Notes under the pieces: generated by a model
What the model was told of the DNA's origin: nothing
What the model saw: the letters and a program-made list of their open reading frames with translations, nothing else
The model's database searches: none
Assembly (NCBI GenBank): GCA_040007855.1
Contig: JBDTUG010000001.1
Coordinates: 4,102-68,101 of the forward strand
DNA from: Caldimonas sp.
GTDB lineage: Bacteria; Pseudomonadota; Gammaproteobacteria; Burkholderiales; Burkholderiaceae_C
Length of the DNA stretch: 64,000 nt
Direction of reading: 5' to 3'
Shown: positions 1 through 10,546 of the stretch, piece by piece
How the letters are laid out: every line of letters begins with the position of its first letter
How positions within the stretch are numbered: the first letter of the stretch is position 1
Translations under genes and position numbers: made by a program

Positions 1-534
1 CTGTACCGCTCGCTGCTGGTGCACGAATTCGACCTCGGCGTCGGCTTCGCGGTCGACAACCTGGAAAAAGCACCCGCCGGACTCAGCGCCGTGACGCTGG
101 GCGATTGCGAGCTCGTCTTCATCGACCGTGTCGAGAAGGATGCGGCCAAGGGCTCCGACCGGCCGATCCGCCTGAAAGACATCAATCTGGAGCGGTTCAT
201 CGGCCTTTCGACGGAGCCCTCGAGCGACATCCTGGGCGCCGCCTTCGAGGAGAACAACTTGCAGGTTGCGCCGCTCGTCCAGGTGCAAACCTACTACATC
301 GCGAAGTCGCTGGTGGCAGTAGGCGCCGGCTGCGCGATCGTCGACGAATTCACGGCGCGCGCCGAGCCGACGAGCGGCATAGCGATCCGTCGGCTCGACC
401 CGCCGATCCGGATCCGGGTCAAGGCCTACTACTCCGCATTTCACTCGACCGGCGAATCCGTCGATCACTTCATCGAGCATCTCGGGATGGCGTACCGGTC
501 GATGTTCGGCAAGGCCGGGCCACCCGACGCCTAG
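1..534 (+). CDS. LysR-family transcriptional regulator, C-terminal substrate-binding domain (5' truncated by window)
   Basis: Frame open from base 1; FDLGVGF, LVAVGAGCAIVDEFTA and IRRLDPPI are typical LysR substrate-domain motifs. Confidence 0.8.
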   Translation: MYRSLLVHEFDLGVGFAVDNLEKAPAGLSAVTLGDCELVFIDRVEKDAAKGSDRPIRLKDINLERFIGLSTEPSSDILGAAFEENNLQVAPLVQVQTYYIAKSLVAVGAGCAIVDEFTARAEPTSGIAIRRLDPPIRIRVKAYYSAFHSTGESVDHFIEHLGMAYRSMFGKAGPPDA

Positions 535-749
535 CCCTTCATCTCGAAGCGGTCGCGCGTGCGCCCGTAGAGGTCGGCGCCGAACCGCCCCACCGGCGAA
601 AAGCGGTCGAGGTTGACGTGGAATCGCGCCAGGTCGACAAGACCATCGCGCGCGTGCAGCCAGAGGACACGGCCGATCAGGACATGGCGCGTGCCGGACT
701 CGAGCTGCTCGTGCAGCACGCACTCGAAGGCTGCAGGTGCCTCGATGCG
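531..749 (-). pseudogene. Flavin reductase family protein, C-terminal fragment
   Basis: RIEAPAAFECVLHEQ...HVLIGRVLWLH...PVGRFGADLYGRTRDRFEM matches the flavin-reductase-like C-terminus; in-frame TGA just upstream and no N-terminal half. Confidence 0.65.
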
Positions 750-766
750 TCACGACGCGGCCGGTC

Positions 767-1459
767 TCAGCGAGCGACCGGCAGGTGGCCCTCGATCGCC
801 GAGGCCGGTGGCGAGTTCTCGGGGTCCATGCAGCGCTGGACGTAGCCGTCGCGCATGGGTTCCCAGAATTCCCACAGGCGTCGCAGTTCGGCGATCGGCG
901 TGTCCGAGAAATCGACGCGCAGGTCGACCGGTGCAAACGGCACGCCGGGGTGGGCGATCTTCATCGAGGCCGAACGAAGCGGGAATGCCTCGCCGCCGGC
1001 CCGCAGGCCGTACTCGAGCGCCATCAGCAGTCGTTCGCCGAGCGACTGTTCCGGCGCCGCCTCGAAGCCTTTCAGGATCGCGGCGGGTACGACCGCGCTG
1101 GCCAGGCCGTTGCCGATGCCGATCGCGCCTTTGCCGTGCGCCGCGCCGCGCTCCACCGTGCAATGCGAGCCGGTGAAGGAGGCGACTCCGCCGTGGCGAT
1201 CTAGCACGGCGAGCTGACGCCACTCGGCATGCGGTGTCGAGGCTCTCATGTCGGCAAGGGCCTCTTCCGCCGAGCGCCCGCGTTCCAGCGACGCGAGACC
1301 GAGAGCGCCCAGCCGCGGATCGGAGCGCGCCTGCGAGAGGACCACGCCGAAGCCGGGGCTGACGAACGGCGCGCGCCCGCCCGCCGCCATGCTGGAGGTC
1401 GCCAGCGCGCAGCCGGCCTGGCCGGTGCGCGAACAGAGTCCCACGATCGAGAAAGTCAT
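767..1459 (-). CDS. DUF1028 domain protein (Ntn-hydrolase-like)
   Basis: Start MTFSIVG; RQLAVLD, GNGL, AGGE, DLRVD motifs. Confidence 0.85.
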   Translation of the reverse strand: MTFSIVGLCSRTGQAGCALATSSMAAGGRAPFVSPGFGVVLSQARSDPRLGALGLASLERGRSAEEALADMRASTPHAEWRQLAVLDRHGGVASFTGSHCTVERGAAHGKGAIGIGNGLASAVVPAAILKGFEAAPEQSLGERLLMALEYGLRAGGEAFPLRSASMKIAHPGVPFAPVDLRVDFSDTPIAELRRLWEFWEPMRDGYVQRCMDPENSPPASAIEGHLPVAR

Positions 1460-1518
1460 GTCGTTTAGTCCTGAAGGGGTTGCGAGCAAAGCGATCGATA
1501 TGCGCGCTATGCGAAGGG

Positions 1519-2913
1519 TCAGGCATCGAGCCAGCGAAGACCACCGGGCGGCGGCGCGATGTCGGGGTTCTCGGCAAGCATCCGTGTCCAGACCCGCTGC
1601 GTGGCAGCTTGCGCTTCCTGCATCAACGCCTGCTCGTCGAACGCCAGCACCTTGCGCTCGCGCATCAGGAACGTGCCGTCGACCATGACCGAGTGGACGA
1701 TGCCCGGGTGCCCGTAGTGCACCAGGTTCGAGACCGGGTTGACGAGGGGTCGCATCGCCGGAACGTTCAGGTCGATGAGGGTCAAATCGGCCTTCTTGCC
1801 AATCTCGATGGAGCCGATCTCGGTCTCGGCGCCGACACTGCGCGCGGCGTTGCGGGTGATGGAGTCGAGCAGAGCCTGCGGGTGCGGGCGAACGCCGCCT
1901 TCCTCGGCCCGGCCACGCCCGCCGCGATGCAGGATCATCCCGATCTTCATGGCGTGAAACATGTCTTCCGTCATGTTGTCGGTGCCGAGCGCGATGTTGA
2001 CACCGGCATCCTGGATCCTGCCGATGAGCACCCGATGCGGGCCCTTGCGCGACGAGTTGGCCGGGCAATGCACCATCTGCACGCCGCGGGCCGCCAGCAA
2101 TTCGATGTCGCTTGGCGTGCAGAAGGTCCAATGCGCACCGACCAGATCGGGCGCCAGCCAGCCCTCGCTGTCCAGGTACTCGGCCGGCGTCATGCTGCGC
2201 GCCGCGCGAACCACGCGCACCTCCTGCTCGCTTTGCGCCAGGTGCACGGTGCGCGTGAGCGAGTAACGATTCGCAAGCTCCTTCAGGCGCTGCAGCATCC
2301 ACGGCGAGCAATTGTCGGGCGCGTGAGCGGCGACCTGGCATTGCACGCGGCCGTCGTGACTGCCATGCAGCGTCTCGATCATCTCGATCGCGCGATCGAG
2401 GAAGACCTGGCCGAACGCGCGGTCCTCGGAATAGTCGCCCTTGCGGATACGAAGGGTGTTGATGTCCGCGCAGTTCTCCGAGAGCCAGAGGCGCAGCCCG
2501 GTGCTCGCCATCGCCTCGCCGTAGGTCGGCACATGACGGAACGGATCGACGAGGGTCGTGCAGCCGGAGCGAATCGCCTCCAGACAACCGAGGCGGACCA
2601 TCACGGCCCGCTCCTCCGCATTCATGGCGTACGAGACCGGCGACATGTAGCCGTAGATCACGTCGCCGCCGAGGTCCTCGACGGTGCCGCGCAGCACGGT
2701 CAGGGCCGTATGCGTATGGGCGTTGATGAAGCCGGGAAAGACCGCGAGCCCTCGGCCCGACAGGGTCGGCAGGTCGCCGTGATCCCGCTCGAGATCGGCG
2801 CTGGTACCCACCGCGACGATGCGGTCGCCGCGCACGGCAACGGCGCTGCGCTCGAGCATGCGCCCCTCGTTGTCGCAGGTGACGACCAAGGTGTCGGTGA
2901 TCAAGAGATCCAT
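1519..2913 (-). CDS. Metal-dependent amidohydrolase (MTA/SAH deaminase/AtzA-like)
   Basis: PGFINAHTH, HLAQS, HCPAN, LGTDN, IGSIEIGKKADL; GGAG RBS before ATG. Confidence 0.85.
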   Translation of the reverse strand: MDLLITDTLVVTCDNEGRMLERSAVAVRGDRIVAVGTSADLERDHGDLPTLSGRGLAVFPGFINAHTHTALTVLRGTVEDLGGDVIYGYMSPVSYAMNAEERAVMVRLGCLEAIRSGCTTLVDPFRHVPTYGEAMASTGLRLWLSENCADINTLRIRKGDYSEDRAFGQVFLDRAIEMIETLHGSHDGRVQCQVAAHAPDNCSPWMLQRLKELANRYSLTRTVHLAQSEQEVRVVRAARSMTPAEYLDSEGWLAPDLVGAHWTFCTPSDIELLAARGVQMVHCPANSSRKGPHRVLIGRIQDAGVNIALGTDNMTEDMFHAMKIGMILHRGGRGRAEEGGVRPHPQALLDSITRNAARSVGAETEIGSIEIGKKADLTLIDLNVPAMRPLVNPVSNLVHYGHPGIVHSVMVDGTFLMRERKVLAFDEQALMQEAQAATQRVWTRMLAENPDIAPPPGGLRWLDA

Positions 2914-2930
2914 GTGTGCTCCGCCTCTGG

Positions 2931-3722
2931 CTACTCGGCCCGCTCCGGGGACTCCGGCCCGCGCAGCAGCTCGACGCCGACGAGCACGACGATGGCGACC
3001 AGCGTCAGCATCGACGAGATCGCCGTGAGCGTCGGGTCGATCTCGAAGCGGATCGTCTCCCACATTCGCTTGGGCAGCGTGGTCGTGTCGGGACCCGCCA
3101 CGAAGATGGCGATGACCACGTCGTCGAACGAGATCAGGAAGGCGAAAGCCGCAGCGGCGACGAGCGTCGCCTTGATCGAGGGCAGCGTGACATAGAGCAG
3201 CGAGCGCCAGAGATTGGCGCCCAGACTTCGCGCCGCGAGATCCATGTCCGGGTTGGTGGTGCGCAATGCCGCGCGCACCATGATGATCACCAGCGGCGTG
3301 GCGACGACGGTGTGCCCGAGAAAGAGCGCCCACGCCGTGTTCAGCAGCCGGTAGCTGGAGAACAGGAAGTAGAAGCCGAGGGCGATGACGACGATGGGCA
3401 CCACCATCGGCGACACGAAGAAGGCTTCCAGCGCGCGCTTGCCCCGGAAGCTGCCGCGCACGATGCCGATTGCCGCTGCCGTGCCGAGAACGGTCGCGGC
3501 CACCATCGTCGGCAGCGCCACCCGCAGGCTGAGAATGGCGGTCTCGTACCAGTGTCGCGACTGAAAGAAGTTTGCATACCAGCGCAGCGACAGGTTCTTC
3601 GGCGGAAACTCCATATAGGTCGAGCCGTTGAACGAGGTGATGACGATGACGATGATGGGCGCGACGAGAAAGATCATCAGCAGAACGCCCAGCGCCCAAA
3701 GCGCCATCCGCGTCGGCTTCAC
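2931..3722 (-). CDS. ABC transporter permease (PotC-like)
   Basis: Hydrophobic; DLAARSLGA loop, FLISFDDVV; GTG start overlaps upstream TGA. Confidence 0.85.
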   Translation of the reverse strand: MKPTRMALWALGVLLMIFLVAPIIVIVITSFNGSTYMEFPPKNLSLRWYANFFQSRHWYETAILSLRVALPTMVAATVLGTAAAIGIVRGSFRGKRALEAFFVSPMVVPIVVIALGFYFLFSSYRLLNTAWALFLGHTVVATPLVIIMVRAALRTTNPDMDLAARSLGANLWRSLLYVTLPSIKATLVAAAAFAFLISFDDVVIAIFVAGPDTTTLPKRMWETIRFEIDPTLTAISSMLTLVAIVVLVGVELLRGPESPERAE

Positions 3723-4564
3723 CGCTGTTCCTCGGCCCCGACCAGGCCCATCGCGCCGCTGAAGACGCCGAAGATGAGGCCGACGACGGCCAGCAGCAGG
3801 ACGCCCAGCGTCGCCGCGAAGCCGAAGTTGAGAAAGGTGCTGATCATCATGTCGATCATCGTGGCCAGCGTGATCTGCCCCGGCCCGCCGAGCAGGGCCG
3901 GCGTCACGTAGAAGCCGATCGCCAGCAGGAACACCAGGATGCAGCCCGACGCGACGCCGGGCAGGCTGAGCGGCAGGAATACGTGCCAGAAGGCCCTGCG
4001 CGGCGGCGCACCCAGGCTGCGTGCGACACGCACGACGTTCAGGTCGATGCGCGACATCACGCCGTAGAGCGGAAAAACCATGAACGGCAGCAGCACGTGA
4101 ACCATGCCGACCTGCACGCCGACCATGTTGAACAGCAGCTTGTGCGGCGCGTCGACCAGGCCGAGGCCGAGCAGGGCCCGGTTGACGAGGCCGTTGTTGC
4201 CGAGGATCACGAGCCAGGCAAAGGTCCGCACGAGGATGCTGGTCCAGAACGGCACCAGGATCAGCACCGTGAGGATGCGCCGCGCCCGCGGCGTCGTCGT
4301 CGCCATCAGAAAGGCGAGCGGGTAGCCGAGCAAGAGCGAGATCAGCGTGACCAGCACGCTGATCTCCAGGGTGTTGGACAACGCCGTGAAGTAGGACGGC
4401 TCGGCCAGCAGCTCCCGATAGTGCTTCAGCGTGAAGTCCGGGTCGAAGAAGCTCCAGCCGACGATCCGCGACAGCGGATAGAGGTAGACGAGCACATAGA
4501 AAACCAGCGCAGGCAGAACCAGCGCCCCCTCCCGGGAGCGCCAGAACCGTGCGGGCTGCGCCAT
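3719..4564 (-). CDS. ABC transporter permease (PotB-like)
   Basis: LVPFWTSILVRTFAW, ARSLGA, GFYVTPALLGG. Confidence 0.9.
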   Translation of the reverse strand: MAQPARFWRSREGALVLPALVFYVLVYLYPLSRIVGWSFFDPDFTLKHYRELLAEPSYFTALSNTLEISVLVTLISLLLGYPLAFLMATTTPRARRILTVLILVPFWTSILVRTFAWLVILGNNGLVNRALLGLGLVDAPHKLLFNMVGVQVGMVHVLLPFMVFPLYGVMSRIDLNVVRVARSLGAPPRRAFWHVFLPLSLPGVASGCILVFLLAIGFYVTPALLGGPGQITLATMIDMMISTFLNFGFAATLGVLLLAVVGLIFGVFSGAMGLVGAEEQR

Positions 4565-4567
4565 CGC

Positions 4568-5659
4568 CTAGCCCTTGAGCATCCACTTGGCGAAACGCTC
4601 GCCCTGCGATTCGCGCGGCGTCTTGCCGTCAGGACCCGACACGTTCCACCAGTCGGTGTTCCACCAGAACTGCTTCTTGATGTTCTCGGGCGAAGTCGTC
4701 AGGTCGGCAGCTTCCTGCGGCGACAGGAATTCGAATGAACCGGAGTTGCTCGGACCGTAGGGCACCTTCTGGGCGATCAGGGCCTGCATCTTCGGGTCGA
4801 GCGCGGTGTTGATGAACTCCATCGCCACCTTCTTGTTGCGCACGCCCTTCATCAGGCACCAGTTGTCGGAGGCGAGCTTGCCCTGGTTGTAGTCGACGTC
4901 GATCGGCGCGCCGGCCCGCCTTGCGGTGATCGCGCGCGAGCCGACCGTGATGCCGACGCTCGCCTCGCCAGCGCCGAGCAGCTGCACCGCCTGGGCATGC
5001 GAGGTGTACCACTTGCCCACCAGCGGCCTGAGCTTGTCCATCGACCGCCACGCGCGCTCGACATCCAGGGGATAGAGCTTGTCGAGTGGAACACCGTCGG
5101 CCAGCAGGGCGACTTCCAGCTGCGGAGCCGTGCCGCCCTGAAAATTGAAGGTGCGGCTGCCGGGGAAGGCCCTCGCGTCCCACACCTCGGCCCAGTTGCC
5201 CGGATGCTTCGCCTTGGGCAGCAGGTTCGTGTTGTAGACGATGTTGAACGAGTAGATCCGCTGCCCCAGGGCATTCGGCAGCTGCAGCTCGCGCGGAATG
5301 CGTGCCAGCTTGGACTTGTCGACGGCGCCGTAGTCGAGCGGCTCCAGGAGATTGTTGTTCAGCAGGGCCTGAACGCCGGGGATGTCGGTCATGAGGACGT
5401 CCCAGCTCACGTTGCCGCTCTGCACCATGGCCTTGGCCTTCGCCAGCTCCGGAGGCGCGTCGAGCTTCACCGTGTAGCCGGTCGCCTTCTCGAACGTCGG
5501 GAAGACGAACTCGCGCATCGCCGAGTCGTAGTCGCCGCCCCAGCTCACCACGACCAGCTCGCCCTTGTCGGCGCGCGCGGGTCGGATATGGAAGAACGGT
5601 GCCAAGACCGCCCCGGCGGCAACGATCCCGCCGCCCTTGATGATTTCACGCCTTTTCAT
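4568..5659 (-). CDS. ABC transporter substrate-binding protein (PotD/PotF-like), probable Tat signal
   Basis: MKRREIIK twin-arginine-like N-terminus; VVSWGGDY, LEVALLADGV, YPLDVERA. Confidence 0.85.
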   Translation of the reverse strand: MKRREIIKGGGIVAAGAVLAPFFHIRPARADKGELVVVSWGGDYDSAMREFVFPTFEKATGYTVKLDAPPELAKAKAMVQSGNVSWDVLMTDIPGVQALLNNNLLEPLDYGAVDKSKLARIPRELQLPNALGQRIYSFNIVYNTNLLPKAKHPGNWAEVWDARAFPGSRTFNFQGGTAPQLEVALLADGVPLDKLYPLDVERAWRSMDKLRPLVGKWYTSHAQAVQLLGAGEASVGITVGSRAITARRAGAPIDVDYNQGKLASDNWCLMKGVRNKKVAMEFINTALDPKMQALIAQKVPYGPSNSGSFEFLSPQEAADLTTSPENIKKQFWWNTDWWNVSGPDGKTPRESQGERFAKWMLKG

Positions 5660-6761
5660 CGCTCACTCCTTGGTTCAGGTTCGATAACACGCGCGCGTCG
5701 CCCGGGTTCAGGAAGACGCGGACTTCCTCCCCTACGCCGGGGCGCACGGCGCTCCGGTTGTTCTGCACCTTGATTGCAAGGTTGATGCCGCCCTCGACGA
5801 CGACGCGATAGCGCGTGAAGTCGCCGACGTACACCTGCTCGCTGATCCTGCCCGCGATGCCCGGATCGTCTGGCGCCTGCGGCACGAAGGAGAACTTCTC
5901 GGGTCGCACGGCGAGCCACCCCGACTCGCCGGAGCGAAGGCCGGTGTCACCAGCCACTCGGAAGCGCGTGCCGCCGGTGCTGGCGAACCCTCCGTCCTCG
6001 AGCAGGCGCCCGTCGATGAGATTCGACTCGCCGATGAACTCGGCGACGAAGCGGTTGATCGGCTCCTCGTAGAGCTCGCGAGCGGTGCCGAGTTGCTCGA
6101 TGACGCCCTTGTTCATCAGCGCGACGCGGTCGGACATCGTCAGCGCTTCTTCCTGGTCGTGCGTGACGTACACGATGGTCACGCCGAGCTCCGCGTGCAA
6201 GCGCTTCAGCTCGAACTGCATCTGCCCGCGCAGGCTCTTGTCGAGTGCGCCGAGCGGCTCGTCCATGAGGAGGAGATCCGGGTTGAAGACGAGGGCGCGA
6301 GCGATGGCGACGCGTTGCTGCTGGCCGCCCGAGAGCTGCCGCGGCAGCCGCTGCTCGAGGCCTTCGAGCCGAACCAGGCGCATCGCGTCGCCAACGCGGG
6401 TGGCGATGTCGGCGCGCGATTGGCGGCGCATCTTCAGCGGGAACGCCACGTTGGCGGCGACCGTCATGTGCGGAAAGAGCGCGTAGTTCTGGAAGACGAC
6501 GCCGATGTTGCGGCGCTCGGGGGCCAGGCTGGCGATCGATCGCCCATCCAGAAAAATGTCGCCGCTCGACGGTGTCGTGAAGCCAGCGACCATCATCAGC
6601 GTGGTCGTCTTGCCTGATCCGCTCGGGCCGAGCAAGGTCACAAACTCGCCGGAGGCAACCTGCAGGTCGACCGAGTCGACCGCGAGGAGCTTCCCGTGCC
6701 GTTTCGTCAGCCGCGACAACTCGAGCCGGCCACCCCGCCCTCCTTGCGGCTTGTCAATCAT
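5646..6761 (-). CDS. ABC transporter ATP-binding protein (PotA-like)
   Basis: [23 protein letters not shown]-terminal TOBE-like region. Confidence 0.92.
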   Translation of the reverse strand: MIDKPQGGRGGRLELSRLTKRHGKLLAVDSVDLQVASGEFVTLLGPSGSGKTTTLMMVAGFTTPSSGDIFLDGRSIASLAPERRNIGVVFQNYALFPHMTVAANVAFPLKMRRQSRADIATRVGDAMRLVRLEGLEQRLPRQLSGGQQQRVAIARALVFNPDLLLMDEPLGALDKSLRGQMQFELKRLHAELGVTIVYVTHDQEEALTMSDRVALMNKGVIEQLGTARELYEEPINRFVAEFIGESNLIDGRLLEDGGFASTGGTRFRVAGDTGLRSGESGWLAVRPEKFSFVPQAPDDPGIAGRISEQVYVGDFTRYRVVVEGGINLAIKVQNNRSAVRPGVGEEVRVFLNPGDARVLSNLNQGVSDEKA

Positions 6762-6870
6762 GCGGCGTACGGGCGGTGGCAAAAGCCAAGGCTAGCAGTC
6801 TCGCGGGCTTGGACATATCGATTGTTCGCGGCGACCCATAAGCGGACGTTATTGCGGGCGCCGGTGGTTG

Positions 6871-8382
6871 TCAGCCATCCAGGCCGACGAGCGCCTTCAG
6901 GACGCGCCCGCGCGGGCGCCCCGGCACCTCGGCAGCCAGCGGTCTTTTCATGACGGCCGGCGTCGCCCTGGCCAGGTACTGCCCCGAGCCACGCTCCGCG
7001 TGGAGCTGGCCGTCGGCCACCACGACCCGGCCGCGACTGACGACCACCTCCGGCCAGCCGGTGAGGGTGCGACCCTCGTAAGGCGTGTAGCCGACGTTGT
7101 CGTGCAGGGCCTCGGCCGTGATCACCGTCCGGCGCTCCGGATTCCAGACCGCGAGATCGGCGTCGGCCCCGAGGGCGATCGCGCCCTTGCGCGGCGCCAG
7201 CCCATAGAGGCGGGCGTGGTTCGTCGCCGTCAGGTCGACGAACCGGTGAATGTCGATCCGCCCCTTGAGGAAGCCCTCGCTGAAGAGGAGCGGCATGCGC
7301 AGCTCCAGCCCGGGGACGCCGTTGGCCATGTCCCTGAACGTCGTGGCATCGCCCTTCGGCAGCTTGCCCGTCGCATCGAACCGATACGGCGCATGATCGG
7401 ACGAGTAGGTGGCCAGCGTGCCGTCGATCAGCCCGTTCCAGACGGCCTCCTGGGAGGCGCCGTCGCGCGGCGGCGGCGAGCAGCAGAACTTGGCGCCCTG
7501 AAGCCCCTCGCGATCGAGATCGTCGGCGGTGAGGAAAAGGTATTGCGGGCAAGTTTCCGCCATCACCGGCGCCCCGAGCTGCTGCGCGCTCCGGATCACC
7601 GACACGGTGTCGCCGCCCGCAACGTGGACGATCAGCACCGGCGTGTCGACAAGACGGCTCAGCGCGATGGCGCGATGGGTTGCCTCGGACTCGGCCAGGG
7701 GATCATGAGCGACCGCATGAAACTTCGGCCCCGTGTGACCACGTTCCAGCAGGCGCCGTGCCAGCCACTTGATCATGTCGTGGTTCTCGGCGTGGACCAT
7801 GACGAGCGCGCCTTCCCGGCTCGCGACCGACATGACGTCGAGCAGTTGGCTGTCGTCGAGCTTCATCCGGTCGTAGGTCATGTAGACCTTGAGCGAGGTG
7901 ATGCCGTCGCGGATCGCCCGCGGCAGATCCTGTTCGAGCGTCTGCGCGTCGGCGTTGGTCAGGATCAGGTGAAAACCGTAGTCGATGACCGCCTTCGCCG
8001 CGGCCCGTGCCCCATAGTCGGCCAGGACGTCGGGAACCGTCATCTCCCGGTGCTGGGCCGCGAACGGAATGATCGTCGTCGTACCGCCGAAAGCCGCGGA
8101 CACGGTACCGGAATAGAAATCGTCCGCGCACATCATGCCCATGCCGGAGAGCTGTTCGATGTGACAGTGGCTGTCGATGCCGCCCGGCAGCACCCAGTGG
8201 CCGGCAGCGTCGACGTCGCGCACCCCGGGCGAAAGGCGCGCCTCGACCGCGGCAATGCGGCCGTCGCGCACGCCGAGGTCGCCTTCGACGATGCGGCCGG
8301 CGGTGACGACCCGACCGTTGCGGATCGTCAGATCGAAGCGCTGGTCGAGGCCCGCGTCGCGGCTTGATGTGGACTGGTTCAT
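6871..8382 (-). CDS. hydA: Dihydropyrimidinase / D-hydantoinase
   Basis: PGGIDSHCH, AAFGGTTTI, SLKVYMTY, VHAEN, ETCPQYL, SSDHAPY, HDNVGYTPYEG. Confidence 0.9.
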   Translation of the reverse strand: MNQSTSSRDAGLDQRFDLTIRNGRVVTAGRIVEGDLGVRDGRIAAVEARLSPGVRDVDAAGHWVLPGGIDSHCHIEQLSGMGMMCADDFYSGTVSAAFGGTTTIIPFAAQHREMTVPDVLADYGARAAAKAVIDYGFHLILTNADAQTLEQDLPRAIRDGITSLKVYMTYDRMKLDDSQLLDVMSVASREGALVMVHAENHDMIKWLARRLLERGHTGPKFHAVAHDPLAESEATHRAIALSRLVDTPVLIVHVAGGDTVSVIRSAQQLGAPVMAETCPQYLFLTADDLDREGLQGAKFCCSPPPRDGASQEAVWNGLIDGTLATYSSDHAPYRFDATGKLPKGDATTFRDMANGVPGLELRMPLLFSEGFLKGRIDIHRFVDLTATNHARLYGLAPRKGAIALGADADLAVWNPERRTVITAEALHDNVGYTPYEGRTLTGWPEVVVSRGRVVVADGQLHAERGSGQYLARATPAVMKRPLAAEVPGRPRGRVLKALVGLDG

Positions 8383-8439
8383 TGGGTTCACTGTCGAGAG
8401 CGAAATGAGAATGCCGATGCGGGCGAAAGCGAAGCATCG

Positions 8440-8878
8440 CAGCCGCCGAAGTGGCGGATCGCGGCGAGTGCCAGCGCGTCGATCGAATCGCTGAGCGGTA
8501 CGTCGAAATCGCTCATTTGGCGATGCATCACGGCCAGCGGAAACTCGGTGCACATGAGCACACCGCCGGGGCGCCGCGTTTGGCCAGGATGCGAATGCCG
8601 TCGGCGGTCGGTCGAACGCGTCGTTGAGCCGGATTGGCCTTCGCGGCCTCGATGGCAACGCCGCAGCAGCGCTCCACTTCGTCGAGGCGCAGGCGCGCAG
8701 CCGACCGATCGGGAATTCGCGGATCGTTGCGCAGAAGCACGGGAATGTGGTCCTGATCCGTCGCCGCGCGCGTCAGCTGGGTCAGCCGAGTCACGGACGC
8801 GGCGCCGGCCAGCTGCCCCATGCCGCCGAGAACGGCCAGCGTGCCATCGGTCCGAGCGGGCGAAGCAGACCTGGGCAT
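8440..8878 (-). pseudogene. Aspartate/glutamate racemase family pseudogene (internal deletion plus frameshift)
   Basis: N-terminal VLGGMG...TDQDHIPVLL..DPRIPDRS; the PCNTAH catalytic segment is absent; C-terminal LMCTEFPL and DSIDALA lie in another frame. Confidence 0.7.
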
Positions 8879-8895
8879 TGACTGCTCCTGCTCCG

Positions 8896-9594
8896 CTAGC
8901 TCGCGGCGGACGCCATGCGCAGGCGCAACAGGGCCAGGTGCGCCGCCGCGGCGCAGGGATCCACGACCGGGATGCCGAGCGCTTCCTGCAGCGGCGCGCA
9001 CAGATCGGCCATGCCGGCGCAGCCGAGCAGCAACACGTCAGCGCGATCGTCGTCGCGCAGCGCTGCGCCGACTTCGCGCATGCGCTGGAAGGCCACTGCC
9101 GGATCGCCGGACTGCTCGACGGTCACGTCGATCGCCCGCTCGCCGGCCACCCGATGGTCGAGCTCGAGCAGGCGCCAGTAGCGAAGGTGGCGAGCGATCG
9201 CTGCCCGGGCTATTGCGATCACTCCGACCCGATGGCCCGTCGCAAGCGCGGCGAGCATGCCGGCTTCGCCCAGTCCGATCACGGGTTTGCGCGTGCGCTC
9301 GCGCGACGCGGCAATGCCCGGGTCGCTGAAGCAGGCGATGACGAAGGCCGACGCCTCCTGCTCGTGATCGGCGATCCAGCGGGCGGTGAGCGTCGCCGCC
9401 AGGTCGGCGTCCGACTGGGTCACGACCCCCGACGGTCCGTCGACCATCGTGACGCAGTCGAAACGCGTCTGTGCCGAAGCGCCGCACGCATTGACTGCGC
9501 GCTCGATCGCCAACGTCACGAGAGCAGACGAATTCGGGTTGATGACGGCGACCGTCGCAGACGCCGCACGCGTTGCGGTCTTCATGGCGTTCAT
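8896..9594 (-). CDS. Hydantoin/allantoin racemase family protein
   Basis: VINPNSS, IACFSDPG, LGCAGMA, PVVDP. Confidence 0.88.
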   Translation of the reverse strand: MNAMKTATRAASATVAVINPNSSALVTLAIERAVNACGASAQTRFDCVTMVDGPSGVVTQSDADLAATLTARWIADHEQEASAFVIACFSDPGIAASRERTRKPVIGLGEAGMLAALATGHRVGVIAIARAAIARHLRYWRLLELDHRVAGERAIDVTVEQSGDPAVAFQRMREVGAALRDDDRADVLLLGCAGMADLCAPLQEALGIPVVDPCAAAAHLALLRLRMASAAS

Positions 9595-9607
9595 CGGTCA
9601 GCCGGGA

Positions 9608-10546
9608 TCAGGCCACCGGCTCGCCGGCACCGGTGCGCTCGACGATCAACCCGTAGAACTCCGGACGCCGGTGCTTCGCGAAGTTGAAGACGTGCTCGCG
9701 GAAGTTCGTGCCGATCTGCAGGTCGGCCCGAGCGACGATCACTTCGTCTTCCTCGGTCAACGCCCGCGCCGTGATCTCGCCGGTGGGCGCGACGATCACC
9801 GAGCCGCCGATCATGTGAAAGCCGTCCTCGGCGCCGCACTTGGCCGCGGCCGCCACCCACTGTGCATTCTGGTAGGCCCCGGCCTGCACCGACAGCAGGT
9901 GGGTCGACATGCGCAGATGGATGGGCTCGTTCCAGTGGATGTTGACCGACGGCGTGTTGTAGCCGAGCACAACCACCTCGGCACTCTGCAATGCGAGCAC
10001 GCGGTAGGTCTCGGGCCAGCGCCGGTCGTTGCAGATGCACAGGCCGAAGCGCGCACCGAGTGCATCGAACACGCGAAAGCCGAGGTCCCCGACTTCGAAG
10101 AACTTCTTCTCCAGGTGCTGAAACGTCGCATCCGGCTTGTGATCCGCGTGCCCCGGCAAGTGAATCTTGCGGTACCGGCCGACGATGTGGCCGACGCGAT
10201 CGACAAGAACTGCCGTGTTGAATCGGCGACCTTCCGGTGTGAGTTCCGCATAGCCGAGGTGAAAACCAACCCCGAGCCGCTTGCTCTCGTCGAAGAGCGG
10301 CTGCACGTGTGGGTTCGGCATCGTCTTCTCGAAAAAGCGCTCGACCGCCTCTTCCTCGGTCATCCAGTAGCGGGGAAAGAAGGTGGTCAGCGCCAGCTCG
10401 GGGAAGACGACGAACTCGGCGCCGCGGCCCTTGGCCTCGCGCATCATCTCGATCAGGCGATCGACGACCGCTTCGCGCGAATCGCTCAGATGGACCGGAC
10501 CCATCTGGGCGACCGCGAGATGGATGGCGCGCTTGTCAGTCATCAT
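9608..10546 (-). CDS. N-carbamoyl-D-amino-acid hydrolase (nitrilase superfamily)
   Basis: FPELALTTFFPR, YRKIHLPGH, FQHLEK, ICNDRRWPE, QAGAYQN, FNFAKHRRPE. Confidence 0.92.
   Translation of the reverse strand: MMTDKRAIHLAVAQMGPVHLSDSREAVVDRLIEMMREAKGRGAEFVVFPELALTTFFPRYWMTEEEAVERFFEKTMPNPHVQPLFDESKRLGVGFHLGYAELTPEGRRFNTAVLVDRVGHIVGRYRKIHLPGHADHKPDATFQHLEKKFFEVGDLGFRVFDALGARFGLCICNDRRWPETYRVLALQSAEVVVLGYNTPSVNIHWNEPIHLRMSTHLLSVQAGAYQNAQWVAAAAKCGAEDGFHMIGGSVIVAPTGEITARALTEEDEVIVARADLQIGTNFREHVFNFAKHRRPEFYGLIVERTGAGEPVA

Noticed and set aside
6790-6870. CGACCCAT-containing motif also seen near 14646, possible dispersed repeat
   Set aside because: Shared match is too short to support a call
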